Below are positions 1 to 8,747 of a stretch of 34,536 nucleotides of DNA, piece by piece; positions within the stretch are counted from its first letter, which is position 1, and each line of letters opens with the position of its first letter. A model generated the notes under the pieces. That model made no database searches. It was not told where the DNA came from and worked only from the letters and a program-made list of their open reading frames with translations. The DNA is from a virus. A program made the position numbers and the translations under genes. Where the stretch lies: IMG/VR virus record IMGVR_UViG_3300037067_027639, positions 1-34,536 of that record; one strand, given 5' to 3'.

Positions 1-9
1 CATGCCCTC

Positions 10-237
10 ATGGCGGACACGATTGTCGCGGGATACTTCGAGGAAGGCCGCTGGATGCCGGTCACCTTCGGCGAATATGTCGAATTGATCTGGGACACGG
101 GCGTCCCACCGGCATACTTGAAACCAGCGGAAGGATTCATCGGGATCCTCGTGATGGTCGCAAGGCCCGGTCTCCCGCTCCCGGACGTCGCAGTGCCGAA
201 GTTCATGCCTGGTGTAGTACCAGAGAGGCGGTCCTGA
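10..237 (+). CDS. Hypothetical protein, 75 aa
   Basis: ORF track; stop overlaps next start (TGATG at 235-239). Confidence 0.6.
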   Translation: MADTIVAGYFEEGRWMPVTFGEYVELIWDTGVPPAYLKPAEGFIGILVMVARPGLPLPDVAVPKFMPGVVPERRS

Positions 238-425
238 TGCCCCCGTTCAAAGAACCTGATGAAAAGACGTGGGTAGTCCTGCTCGAATATGAAAACAGGT
301 GCTGCCCGCACCGGACTTATCCGGGGACAACAGTCTGCTGCAACCATCCCGAATCGGTTGGGCGTGGCGAGGATGAATGCAAGGAGGGGAATTGCCCCGC
401 ACACATCAGGGACGTGCTCGAATGA
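237..425 (+). CDS. Small Cys-rich hypothetical protein, 62 aa
   Basis: Coupled by TGATG upstream and ATGA downstream; CCPH..CCNHP..C...CP pattern. Confidence 0.7.
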   Translation: MPPFKEPDEKTWVVLLEYENRCCPHRTYPGTTVCCNHPESVGRGEDECKEGNCPAHIRDVLE

Positions 426-667
426 TCGATATCATTTTCGACGGCGAGAACGCGGACGGTTCCGGTGTCGGGACCATCAAGATCGCCTGCATGCACGACC
501 CGTATGATCTGCGGTGCCCGGTATGTGGCCATTCTGTTTTTTCACATCTTACGAATCCAGTCCTTGAGACCGGCAACTCATTCGCCTGCGAGACATGCGG
601 AGTCCAGATCACCTTATTCCCGGATAAGGGTAATTGCCGGTTTTTGATGGAAATCCAGGGGGCTTGA
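422..667 (+). CDS. Zinc-ribbon protein, 81 aa
   Basis: ATG 422 overlaps previous stop (ATGA); CPVC and CETC pairs; in frame with track ORF 377..667. Confidence 0.75.
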   Translation: MIDIIFDGENADGSGVGTIKIACMHDPYDLRCPVCGHSVFSHLTNPVLETGNSFACETCGVQITLFPDKGNCRFLMEIQGA

Positions 668-668
668 A

Positions 669-1310
669 ATGGAAATCGACATCACTATCAGGAACGCCAC
701 GCCCGAAGAGGCACAGCGGGTCCTCATCGGCATGAGTTTTGCGGAGGATATCCTTGGCAAACTCTCACCCGCAATCAGGATTGAGAAAGCACAGAAGAAG
801 CAGGTACCGGATCCGACCTGCGACGAGGAGACCGGCTGTGCTGGGTGCGACAACACCGGGGCCATGGATGCGGACCGCTGCGACAAGTGCAGCCCGCCCC
901 CGGCTCATAAACCCGCCGACGGTTTACCGTCGAAGACCGGGAGACGCAAAGGCAACAAGTTCGGCATCCCGACCGAGCTGGCAAAGACCGATAAGAAACT
1001 CTTCGATCGGCTCTGGCAGCGGTGCAAGTCGCATGGTATCACCTATGAGGAGGCCGTGAAACTCAAACCCACCAAGAGGGGCAGGAAACCGAAAGCCCCG
1101 AACGCCTCCAAATTGACTCAAGCAATTGATTCAAGCAATGAATGGACCCTGGAAGAGGATGCCGCGATCCGGGAGTGCCCGAACGAGGACATGGCGCTCA
1201 CCCATTTCATGAACAAGTTCCCCGAGTCTGAACGGACGGCCGTGGAGGTCTCCCAGAGATGGCAGGAGCTCAGGGGATTGGCAGATGAGATGGCGGAGGC
1301 AGAGGCATGA
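669..1310 (+). CDS. Cys-motif protein with C-terminal Myb/SANT-like HTH, 213 aa
   Basis: Central C..C..C..C..C cluster; C-terminal WTLEED...F...RT...V..RWQEL pattern. Confidence 0.75.
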   Translation: MEIDITIRNATPEEAQRVLIGMSFAEDILGKLSPAIRIEKAQKKQVPDPTCDEETGCAGCDNTGAMDADRCDKCSPPPAHKPADGLPSKTGRRKGNKFGIPTELAKTDKKLFDRLWQRCKSHGITYEEAVKLKPTKRGRKPKAPNASKLTQAIDSSNEWTLEEDAAIRECPNEDMALTHFMNKFPESERTAVEVSQRWQELRGLADEMAEAEA

Positions 1311-2146
1311 CCGGGGATGTCCGCATCATCGAGTCCGAGATCGGGCCGGTCATCCCCCTGGTCGATATCGCGGACCAGCTTCATTATACCTCATCAGGAC
1401 TGCGGAAAGTCGTCGGGAGACACCCCGGGACGTTCCAGGCCGAGAAAGTTTTCATACCCATTCCCACGGCTCGCGGCCCGCAGAAAGGCTGGTGTCTGAC
1501 CAGGAAAGGCATGGAAGATCTCATCCTCCTGATCTCTCCTGGATCAGGGACGAAGGCCGGCCTCCTGGAGAAACGGGTGGAGAAGTTCCACATGGGGCCG
1601 GCCGCCCCGGCCCTGTCATCCCCACAACCCGATCCGGTGATCACGTACCTGAAACGCAACGCGGAGATTGCGGATATCCTGGTCAAGGGATATGGCTACA
1701 CAGAGGAGGTTGCCCACCGCCTCGCCATGCAGGACGCGGTCAACAAACACGGGGAGGTTCTGGCACCGTTCAAGGCTCCGGCGCTCTTACCTGCGGCAGA
1801 TCCGCAGGAGCCGGTTGCCTATGAGCATTGCGAGAGTTGCCTGATCAAAGAGGAGGATCCCGACTTCGACCGGTACTTCTCGCTGCGGAAAATCGCCGAG
1901 ATCACCCACGAGTCGGAGGACCGGGTCCGCAACATTCTGGAGAAGGAGGGACTGCTCAGCTACCATCACGGCGTCTGGCATCTCACCACGCTCGGCCAGA
2001 AGTTCGGCAAGGTTTTCACCCACTACCCGCTTTTCCCGCATCGTCTCACTAAAAAGAATATGATCCGGTGGTCTCCTGCGGCGATCGAGCGTGTGAAAGT
2101 CCACTTATCAGCAGGCCAGACGTCCCTGGTGCCAGCTCACGGGTGA
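1307..2146 (+). CDS. Phage antirepressor-like DNA-binding protein (Bro-N/KilA-like N-terminus, ANT/KilAC-like C-terminus), 279 aa
   Basis: ATGA overlap; motifs LVDIADQL..IPTARGPQKGWCLTRKGM and SLRKIAE...LEKEGLL..WHLTTLGQKF resemble these families. Confidence 0.6.
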   Translation: MTGDVRIIESEIGPVIPLVDIADQLHYTSSGLRKVVGRHPGTFQAEKVFIPIPTARGPQKGWCLTRKGMEDLILLISPGSGTKAGLLEKRVEKFHMGPAAPALSSPQPDPVITYLKRNAEIADILVKGYGYTEEVAHRLAMQDAVNKHGEVLAPFKAPALLPAADPQEPVAYEHCESCLIKEEDPDFDRYFSLRKIAEITHESEDRVRNILEKEGLLSYHHGVWHLTTLGQKFGKVFTHYPLFPHRLTKKNMIRWSPAAIERVKVHLSAGQTSLVPAHG

Positions 2147-2151
2147 CCTCC

Positions 2152-2400
2152 ATGCCACACAAGTCATGGAAGGCGAAACATCGCCGCAAAGAGCCCGCAG
2201 CACAGCCGGCACCGACCCGACCCGCGGATCCCCTGAGGCTCGAAACCATCATCGAGCGCAAGACCCAGGCCCAGATCTATGAGGACCTGATCCGGAAACA
2301 TCGCGGGGACGTGCCGGCCCGGGAATGCTGGAACCACCTCGCGGACCGAAGAGAAGCAGCGATCACCACAACACACGGGGCGGAGTTTGCGCGGAGCTGA
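2152..2400 (+). CDS. Small basic hypothetical protein, 82 aa
   Basis: ATG 2152 just after the previous stop, in frame with track ORF 2068..2400. Confidence 0.6.
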   Translation: MPHKSWKAKHRRKEPAAQPAPTRPADPLRLETIIERKTQAQIYEDLIRKHRGDVPARECWNHLADRREAAITTTHGAEFARS

Positions 2401-2404
2401 TATC

Positions 2405-3943
2405 ATGCAAGCACTCCAGGCACAACCGCAGACGTCCGCCGAGCTCGCCGCACGGTTCGGGGTTTCGGACAGGCACATCCGCAGAACCATAGCGGACCTC
2501 ATCCTCGAAAAGAAAGTCAGCAGGCAGCGGGCCGGCCGTGATTTCCTCTACTCGCTTGCTGCGGCGGTGGTGGAGGAGGATGCTGCTACTACTACTATTA
2601 CGGGTTCAGCGGGAACCGCGGACAATTGCGGACATAATGTCCGCGATCGCGATCTCGGACATACCTCGGACACCGGGGAGACGATCGCGGACATTCGCGG
2701 ACATGATCGCGGACATGGGAAACCGCAGAACTCGAAGCAGCGGCACCGGATTACGAAACGGACCCCCTCAATGCATGGTCCCGCCGCAAACGGGCCCCCC
2801 TGCGGCCCCGGACCCGGCCCCTTAACGCCGTGCGGGGACAGCGGCACCAATCTATGTCCGCAATTCTTCGCAGGGTTCGAGCGGGACATGATCCAGTTCG
2901 TACTGTTCGACAAGATATTCAGGGACCTCCTGATGACCCGGGCGGATGAGAGGGGCTGGCAGGTCCGCAAGGTCCACGGCCTGACCTGGATCTATCCGAT
3001 GAACACCCTCTCGCTCCAGGTGGGGAAAGACACCGTGACATTTTACAGCAGCGAGCCGGGCGACATGTCCGTGATCTCCCGGTGGGTCCAGGACAATTTT
3101 GCGGTTGAGTATGGAGACATCAAATCGCTGGTATGCCGGATCAAGTATCCGCAGAACCTCTCGTCAGAAGAGTTGACGGTCGTTGTCAAGCGGCCAGAGA
3201 CCATTCAGGCAATCCGGACCAGCATCGGGAAATCCATGGTTAACGGCCAGTTCAACCTGCAACACCCGAGCGAAGCCATCCCGGGCCTGAAAATCTACGA
3301 GCGGGACAGCACCATGCGGATAGAGTTCATCGTCCACAACCACAAGACTGGGGCCGCTGCGGTCGACATGCGGGAAGAGCTGATGCGGGACCTCCCGAGA
3401 ATTCACGGGACCCCCGGCCTGTTCTGGGAATTCGTCCAGAAATACTACTCGGCACTCCATCACCCGCTGATTATCGACACGGGGGGCCACGACTTCCTGG
3501 CGGCCCTGGACAAGATCACCGGTCACTTCACCGGAGCACTTCGGGACCTTGCCGCCAAGATCCCCGCGGCCCCGACCGGCAGGGAACTGCAGCTCAGGGA
3601 ACTGAGGGACGCAATTGAAGCCCTGGAAAGCGGCGAGTTGGGAGACATCATCCGGACCTTCAGGGACCTTGCGAACATCGAGGAAACCCCCACCAAAGTA
3701 TTCCTGGCAGCCTGGGTGATCTGGAACAACCGGCACCGGAAAGGCCGGGTCAACAAGGCCGAGATTGCGGGCATGCTGATGAGGCAGAACGACCCGCTTA
3801 CCCTGGCACAGATAGCGGACGCTGTCGACCGGTTGAAGATGGTCGGGCTGATGGACGAGAATCCGAAGATTGAGATCTGCTTCTCGGCAGCAGGGCGGGA
3901 GATAGCCGAGATTCTGATAGCGAAAAAGGAGGGGATACAGTGA
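2405..3943 (+). CDS. Winged-helix protein, putative replication initiator, about 512 aa (alternative start 2387)
   Basis: N-terminal wHTH (TSAELAARFGVSDRHIRRTIADL..RQRAGRDFLY), second wHTH-like C-terminus, internal repeat array, position before resolvase and PCNA; GGAG precedes ATG 2405. Confidence 0.6.
   Translation: MQALQAQPQTSAELAARFGVSDRHIRRTIADLILEKKVSRQRAGRDFLYSLAAAVVEEDAATTTITGSAGTADNCGHNVRDRDLGHTSDTGETIADIRGHDRGHGKPQNSKQRHRITKRTPSMHGPAANGPPCGPGPGPLTPCGDSGTNLCPQFFAGFERDMIQFVLFDKIFRDLLMTRADERGWQVRKVHGLTWIYPMNTLSLQVGKDTVTFYSSEPGDMSVISRWVQDNFAVEYGDIKSLVCRIKYPQNLSSEELTVVVKRPETIQAIRTSIGKSMVNGQFNLQHPSEAIPGLKIYERDSTMRIEFIVHNHKTGAAAVDMREELMRDLPRIHGTPGLFWEFVQKYYSALHHPLIIDTGGHDFLAALDKITGHFTGALRDLAAKIPAAPTGRELQLRELRDAIEALESGELGDIIRTFRDLANIEETPTKVFLAAWVIWNNRHRKGRVNKAEIAGMLMRQNDPLTLAQIADAVDRLKMVGLMDENPKIEICFSAAGREIAEILIAKKEGIQ
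2619..2715. repeat. Iteron-like array of eight CGGACA motifs (7 direct, 1 inverted)
   Basis: CGGACA at 2619, 2629, 2656, 2667, 2688, 2698, 2710; TGTCCG at 2638; GCGGACAT-A-ATGTCCGC dyad at 2628-2644. Confidence 0.85.
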
Positions 3944-4134
3944 ACAGCAGGGAATCAAGGATCGAGAGATGGATTGCGAAACAGAAAATGGGGGCGACGT
4001 TCAAGACCGCCGAGCTGGCAAAAGAACTGAATTACGACCCCAAGACGGTCGGCCGGGTCATCGGGAAACAGCCGAACATTAAAGGCCACCACATTAGGGG
4101 ATCCTGTCATATCTGGGAGGTTGTTGCAACATGA
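3940..4134 (+). CDS. Small winged-HTH protein, 64 aa
   Basis: GTGA overlap; FKTAELAKELNYDPKTVGRVI HTH pattern followed by beta-wing. Confidence 0.75.
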   Translation: MNSRESRIERWIAKQKMGATFKTAELAKELNYDPKTVGRVIGKQPNIKGHHIRGSCHIWEVVAT

Positions 4135-4301
4135 CCGAAGAAATTCGGGACTGCCCGACCTGCCGGTACGATGTGCCGATGGAAGAACGGCAGAGGATCG
4201 GGCCCAGTGCGCCATTATGCCGGCACCCGGAAGAAGGCGAGCCCGGGTTCTGGGACCGCCGGATTGAGCAGTGCTGGACGCCCCGGGAAGGTGCGGAATG
4301 A
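4131..4301 (+). CDS. Small Cys-motif protein, 56 aa (below ORF-track cutoff)
   Basis: Hand translation MTEEIRDCPTCRYDVP...LCRHP...QCWTPREGAE; ATGA overlaps at both ends. Confidence 0.7.
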   Translation: MTEEIRDCPTCRYDVPMEERQRIGPSAPLCRHPEEGEPGFWDRRIEQCWTPREGAE

Positions 4302-4648
4302 AACCCGCCAGCTGCAAGGCCAAGGGCCGGGTGCTGCAGAACGAGATCGTGCAGAACCTCCGCACCGCATACCCTGAGCTCGGGGAACCGGACATCCGGC
4401 CCGCCATCATGGGGCAGAGCGGTATTGACATCCTCCTGAGCTCCCGTGCGCGGGACCTGTTCCCCTACGCAGTCGAGTGCAAGAACCAGGAGGCCCTGAA
4501 CATCTGGGAATGCCTGAAACAGGCCGAGGAGAACGGCAAGAAAGAACGGATGGTCCCGCTGCTGGTATTCCGCCGCAACCGTACGAAGACCTACGTGGCG
4601 ATTGAGTGGACTGAATTCCTGAACCTCGTGACGGCGGTGCAGCGATGA
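4298..4648 (+). CDS. PD-(D/E)xK Holliday junction resolvase-like nuclease, 116 aa
   Basis: KAKGRVLQNE...GIDI...AVECKNQE...PLLVFRRNR motif series typical of phage/archaeal Hjc-like resolvases. Confidence 0.8.
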   Translation: MKPASCKAKGRVLQNEIVQNLRTAYPELGEPDIRPAIMGQSGIDILLSSRARDLFPYAVECKNQEALNIWECLKQAEENGKKERMVPLLVFRRNRTKTYVAIEWTEFLNLVTAVQR

Positions 4649-7605
4649 GCTCCTGCAGCAGCGTCCCAACCCAGAAAGAAAAGAAGTGGGGAGTCAAGGA
4701 CTGCCGGGCGCGGAAATGTCCGGACTTGAGGAAAGACACGACCGGCCCGTTCCCGGAAGATAGCCCGGAACGGTGCCGTGCCCTTGGTGAGGACTATAGC
4801 CCGCTGCCCGGGACGTTGTCCTGCTGCATCAAGGACCTGGACGGAATGAAACCCGAGGAGTTCCTCCGACACGTGATATGGTCCCTGCGGGATGCCTGGG
4901 AGAAGAAGTTCACCGGCAATCGGAAAACACCCGGGGCGAGGAACTGTCCGGCCGGCTGCCCCTTCAAGATCTCCGAAGAGGGTGAGGTCAGAGACCGGAG
5001 CAATAAGGACGACTACTACGCGATGAAGAAAGGACTGATCTGGAAATGCGCCTTTTCCGGTGCCGAGCTCGGTTCAGGTCTCGCGGCATCGTGTCCCTGC
5101 CATGTCCTGGACAACCCGGACCAGGAGAAGTATCTCCGGGACTTGCAGACAACGATCAAAATCTATCAGCAGGACGGTTTCGATTATAAGTATCTCGATG
5201 TCAGATGCGCAACCTGTTCATGTCCCGACGGGATTCACCGCTGCAAGGACTGGAAGACCTGCCCCGTCATCAAGCTCCCGATAGCGGACATCAAGGAATG
5301 CCCGCTCTGGAGGATCCCCGGGACGCTGCTGCCGGCCACGCCCGCGATCGAGGCCCCTGCAAAACCCACGCCGGAGCCGGAACAGAATACCGAAAATAAG
5401 CCAGCACCCGAATCACCGGAAGAGAGACTGGCGCGAGGAAAGGCCATCCGCGAGGAGGTCAGGGAAAACCGGGAAGCGATGAAGAGAGTGATGTCGGGGA
5501 AATCGTCGGTGAAGAAAGCCAAGAAGGAGAAACCCGAACCTCCGGCCCTGAACGTCCTCTATCTGGAAGACTGCGAGAGCCTGACCAAGCGGATGGAGCC
5601 GGAGTCCGTGGACCTCATCTTCACGGACCCGCCATACCCGACCGAGCCGATCGATGAGGATGGCGTGACCCAGTGGGAACGGGCCTACGTCGCCCTGCAC
5701 CTCATTGCCTGCAAGGTCTTGAAACCATCAGGGTGGCTGATTACCTACGCACCGCAGGCCCACCTGCTCGATATCATGGAGATCCTGGCATACGGGTCCT
5801 CCTGGAACATCAACGTACAGGAAACCGGAGGACGCCTGGACTATTTCTGGATCATCCCCTCCATCAACGGGGGAGCCACCTGCAAGGCTCACAAGTGGAA
5901 CGCCCTCTGCCTGCACAAACCGATCCTTGTATACCAGAAAGCCCCGTTCAAGAGCCCCTCAAAATGTTTCGCTGACGTCGTCCGTGGCAAGAAACAGAAA
6001 TCACACCATGCATGGCAGCAGAGCGTGCATGACGCAATCGGCATCATCAGCCGGTTCATGGAGATAGGGCAGGTCCTCTATGACCCATACGCCTGCACCG
6101 CCACTTCGCTCATCGCTGCAAACCTGCTCGGGATGCAATGGATAGGGGCGGAAATTGACCCGGCAGCCCACGCGATAGGCGTCCGCGAGCTGCAGCAGCG
6201 GCCCATGGACCTGTTCACGTTCGGGGGAGAGGTCCCAGAAGCCCCGGCCCCGCGAGAAGTCCGGGAAGAGAGGGACACCAGCCGGCAGGCATCGATCGCG
6301 GATCCCGCAAAGGACGCCCGGCCGGTAGAGTGCAAGATCGAGGACCTCACGGAAAAGAAGGAACCGCTCTGCTATTGCACCCCCTGCAAGACCTGGGCGA
6401 CCTGCACGGCCAAACCGGAGAGCAAGGAGTGCCAGGAGCACCGCAAGCTCCAGGAAGAACCCGAAGAAGAGAAGGGTGGCTGCACCAACTGCGGCCATCA
6501 CAAGACCAAGAAGACCTTCAAGGAGTCCTGCACGCGGCTCAATGACCTGCTCTGGAAAGGCGGCGAGTATTCAGCCGCCCGGCTCATGGCAGAGGTTGCA
6601 GCGGACGGTTGCCTCGGCTGGATCCCGAAGGAAGAGGCGCCGGCAAAGGAGGAGAAGTGCGACATCCATTATTACAGCGGAAAGGACCTCTCACCCTCAC
6701 TTGGAACCTGCCCGGTAAAATGTCCGTATAGGAACGCGGGAAAATCCTCCTGCAATTTCATGGACCAGCAGTTCCTGCGAATGGAAAGCTGCCCGACCGG
6801 AGTGCTCCAGGGCAATGAAGCCGGACAGAAACAGCAGCTGGAGAACATGGCTAGGGCTCTAGCACGGCTGTCTGCACACATCCCCTCGGAAGAACAATGC
6901 CAGTGCAATCCCTGTCCGGACGGAGTCATCCGCTGCGGCATTGAAGACGAGAATTGCCCGTTCAGCAAAACCCCATTCTACGATATGGCCCTCTGCCCGA
7001 TGACGAACCCCCGCAGGGTCCGCCAGATACGAAGGGAGAACCCCGTCAAATTCGTGAGCATCGAGGAGAAGATACCATCAGTTCCCGTGGACACGGCGCC
7101 GGCACAACAAAAACCGAACTGCGGAGGCAAACGCCCGGCGCTCAACAGATGCCCGGTTGATTGCCCCGATCGAAGCATCGAGAAGGAAGGGGGATATCCC
7201 CAAGGCCGCTGCAAGCAGACTGGAGAAAAACTCCGGGAAATGCAGACCTGCCCGAACGACCCCCCGAAGCCGGCCAAGAAATCAAAGAAGGAGAAACCTC
7301 TCGAATGCCACGACCCGTTCCGGAAATTCCTGAACGAGCACCACGAGCAGATCACGACAGGCAAGGACCTCCCGATCGTCCCGCACGTAGTGGAACAGTA
7401 CAAGCGATTCGACCACCAGGAGCGGCGGGTCAGACTCTTCATCAGTGACGGAAAATTCCCGTTCGGCCCCTGGTGGACCCTCGCACCCTCTGGGATACTG
7501 CGATCGGTGAAGAAACCGACCGGAGATCTCAACCAGGGAGAATCATATCCTGACTGCAGATTCAGGTTCGAATGGCATTACGACGACAAGAAAAAGGAGG
7601 ACTGA
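4645..7605 (+). CDS. 986-aa Cys-repeat protein with embedded beta-class N6-adenine/N4-cytosine DNA methyltransferase domain
   Basis: DLIFTDPPY (DPPY at 5626-5637) precedes motif I-like VLYDPYACTATS..WIGAEID (6082-6108); MTase domain about 5548-6200; flanked by many CPxxCP-type modules. Confidence 0.85.
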   Translation: MSSCSSVPTQKEKKWGVKDCRARKCPDLRKDTTGPFPEDSPERCRALGEDYSPLPGTLSCCIKDLDGMKPEEFLRHVIWSLRDAWEKKFTGNRKTPGARNCPAGCPFKISEEGEVRDRSNKDDYYAMKKGLIWKCAFSGAELGSGLAASCPCHVLDNPDQEKYLRDLQTTIKIYQQDGFDYKYLDVRCATCSCPDGIHRCKDWKTCPVIKLPIADIKECPLWRIPGTLLPATPAIEAPAKPTPEPEQNTENKPAPESPEERLARGKAIREEVRENREAMKRVMSGKSSVKKAKKEKPEPPALNVLYLEDCESLTKRMEPESVDLIFTDPPYPTEPIDEDGVTQWERAYVALHLIACKVLKPSGWLITYAPQAHLLDIMEILAYGSSWNINVQETGGRLDYFWIIPSINGGATCKAHKWNALCLHKPILVYQKAPFKSPSKCFADVVRGKKQKSHHAWQQSVHDAIGIISRFMEIGQVLYDPYACTATSLIAANLLGMQWIGAEIDPAAHAIGVRELQQRPMDLFTFGGEVPEAPAPREVREERDTSRQASIADPAKDARPVECKIEDLTEKKEPLCYCTPCKTWATCTAKPESKECQEHRKLQEEPEEEKGGCTNCGHHKTKKTFKESCTRLNDLLWKGGEYSAARLMAEVAADGCLGWIPKEEAPAKEEKCDIHYYSGKDLSPSLGTCPVKCPYRNAGKSSCNFMDQQFLRMESCPTGVLQGNEAGQKQQLENMARALARLSAHIPSEEQCQCNPCPDGVIRCGIEDENCPFSKTPFYDMALCPMTNPRRVRQIRRENPVKFVSIEEKIPSVPVDTAPAQQKPNCGGKRPALNRCPVDCPDRSIEKEGGYPQGRCKQTGEKLREMQTCPNDPPKPAKKSKKEKPLECHDPFRKFLNEHHEQITTGKDLPIVPHVVEQYKRFDHQERRVRLFISDGKFPFGPWWTLAPSGILRSVKKPTGDLNQGESYPDCRFRFEWHYDDKKKED

Positions 7606-7611
7606 AACCCC

Positions 7612-8346
7612 ATGATGAAAATTACCCAGGAACGGCTGGCAGAGTTCTGCAGCATCGTACAGGCACTCGTGCCGGAATGCAAGATGGTGATCACGGAAAC
7701 CGGATGGAACACCATGGCCGTGGACACCGCGAACGTTGGCATGGTCGTCTGCCATATGCCAAACACCTCCTTCACCGAGTTCACGGTAGAGAAGATCGAG
7801 GTCGGCATGGACATGCAGAAGTGGAAAGACCTGCTGAACATCATGAAGGACCCGAAGGGGACCATCACGATAGACCCGATCACTTCAGGTAAACTCCTGA
7901 TCTCGGACGGCAAATATACTTACACCCACACGCCGCTGGACCCGACCACGATCCGGAAATGGCCAACCATGCCGAGCGTGAAACTGCCATCATCGATCGA
8001 CATCGACGCCCAGGAATTCGCCGAGTCCATCAAGGCGCTGGCCGTAATCGGGGATAAGGTCCGGTTCACGGCAAAGGGCGAAGTGCTGGAGATGAAAACC
8101 GAGGGTGACACCGACAGCCTGGTGAAGGAGCTCAACGTCCCGATCCCAGGAGACTCTCGCACGGAGTCATACACGTCTCTGTTCAGCATCGAGTACCTCA
8201 AGGACGTCTCAAAAGCCATGAAGGGCGCCGGGAAAATCACCGTGCATATGGGGAAGGACCACCCGATCCGGTTCGATTTCGACCTGGAAGGAATGGATTG
8301 CTCATATTTGCTGGCTCCCAGGATCGAGCAGGAGGAAGCGGCATAA
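7612..8346 (+). CDS. pcn: DNA polymerase sliding clamp, archaeal-type PCNA, 244 aa
   Basis: AVDTANVGMV, IEVGMD, YTSLFSIEYLKDVSKAM, HMGKDHPIRFDF, YLLAPRIEQE match PCNA signature segments; length typical. Confidence 0.93.
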   Translation: MMKITQERLAEFCSIVQALVPECKMVITETGWNTMAVDTANVGMVVCHMPNTSFTEFTVEKIEVGMDMQKWKDLLNIMKDPKGTITIDPITSGKLLISDGKYTYTHTPLDPTTIRKWPTMPSVKLPSSIDIDAQEFAESIKALAVIGDKVRFTAKGEVLEMKTEGDTDSLVKELNVPIPGDSRTESYTSLFSIEYLKDVSKAMKGAGKITVHMGKDHPIRFDFDLEGMDCSYLLAPRIEQEEAA

Positions 8347-8747
8347 TGGCGCTCTCAGTGAAAGTCGCCCTGAAACAGGAGGACGACGCGGAATACGGCC
8401 TCATCTGGAAGGCCGAAGTCAAGGACTGGAGCCTGAACGCCCAAGGTGACAGCCTGGAAGAGGTCCTCGCGGTGATGGAGCGGAAGATCATCACCTACCT
8501 GCACGAGACATTCGGCACGAAACGGAAGATCTCCGCGAGTGTCGGGCTCGCCAGTGCACGGGTAGAGTTCGAGTGCGAGATCATCACCGGTGATGGCTCC
8601 ACCCGGGCCCCACTTGAGAAGGTAATGGCAGCGGCAGAGAAGATCACAGACCTTGCGGAAAAGACCGGGAAGTCCCCGCTCACGATCCTCAAAGAGGCGA
8701 AGGCGAAACTTTCCGAAGAGAAGAAAAAGAAGGGGGCGCTGGAGTGA
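8346..8747 (+). CDS. HicB-like (RNase H-fold antitoxin-like) protein, 133 aa
   Basis: TAATG overlap; WKAEVKDWSLNAQGDSLEEVLAVMERKIITYL resembles the HicB core. Confidence 0.55.
   Translation: MALSVKVALKQEDDAEYGLIWKAEVKDWSLNAQGDSLEEVLAVMERKIITYLHETFGTKRKISASVGLASARVEFECEIITGDGSTRAPLEKVMAAAEKITDLAEKTGKSPLTILKEAKAKLSEEKKKKGALE

Noticed and set aside
2619-2715. CRISPR or mini-CRISPR array
   Set aside because: Units are only 6-9 bp with 3-15 bp gaps, far from repeat/spacer dimensions
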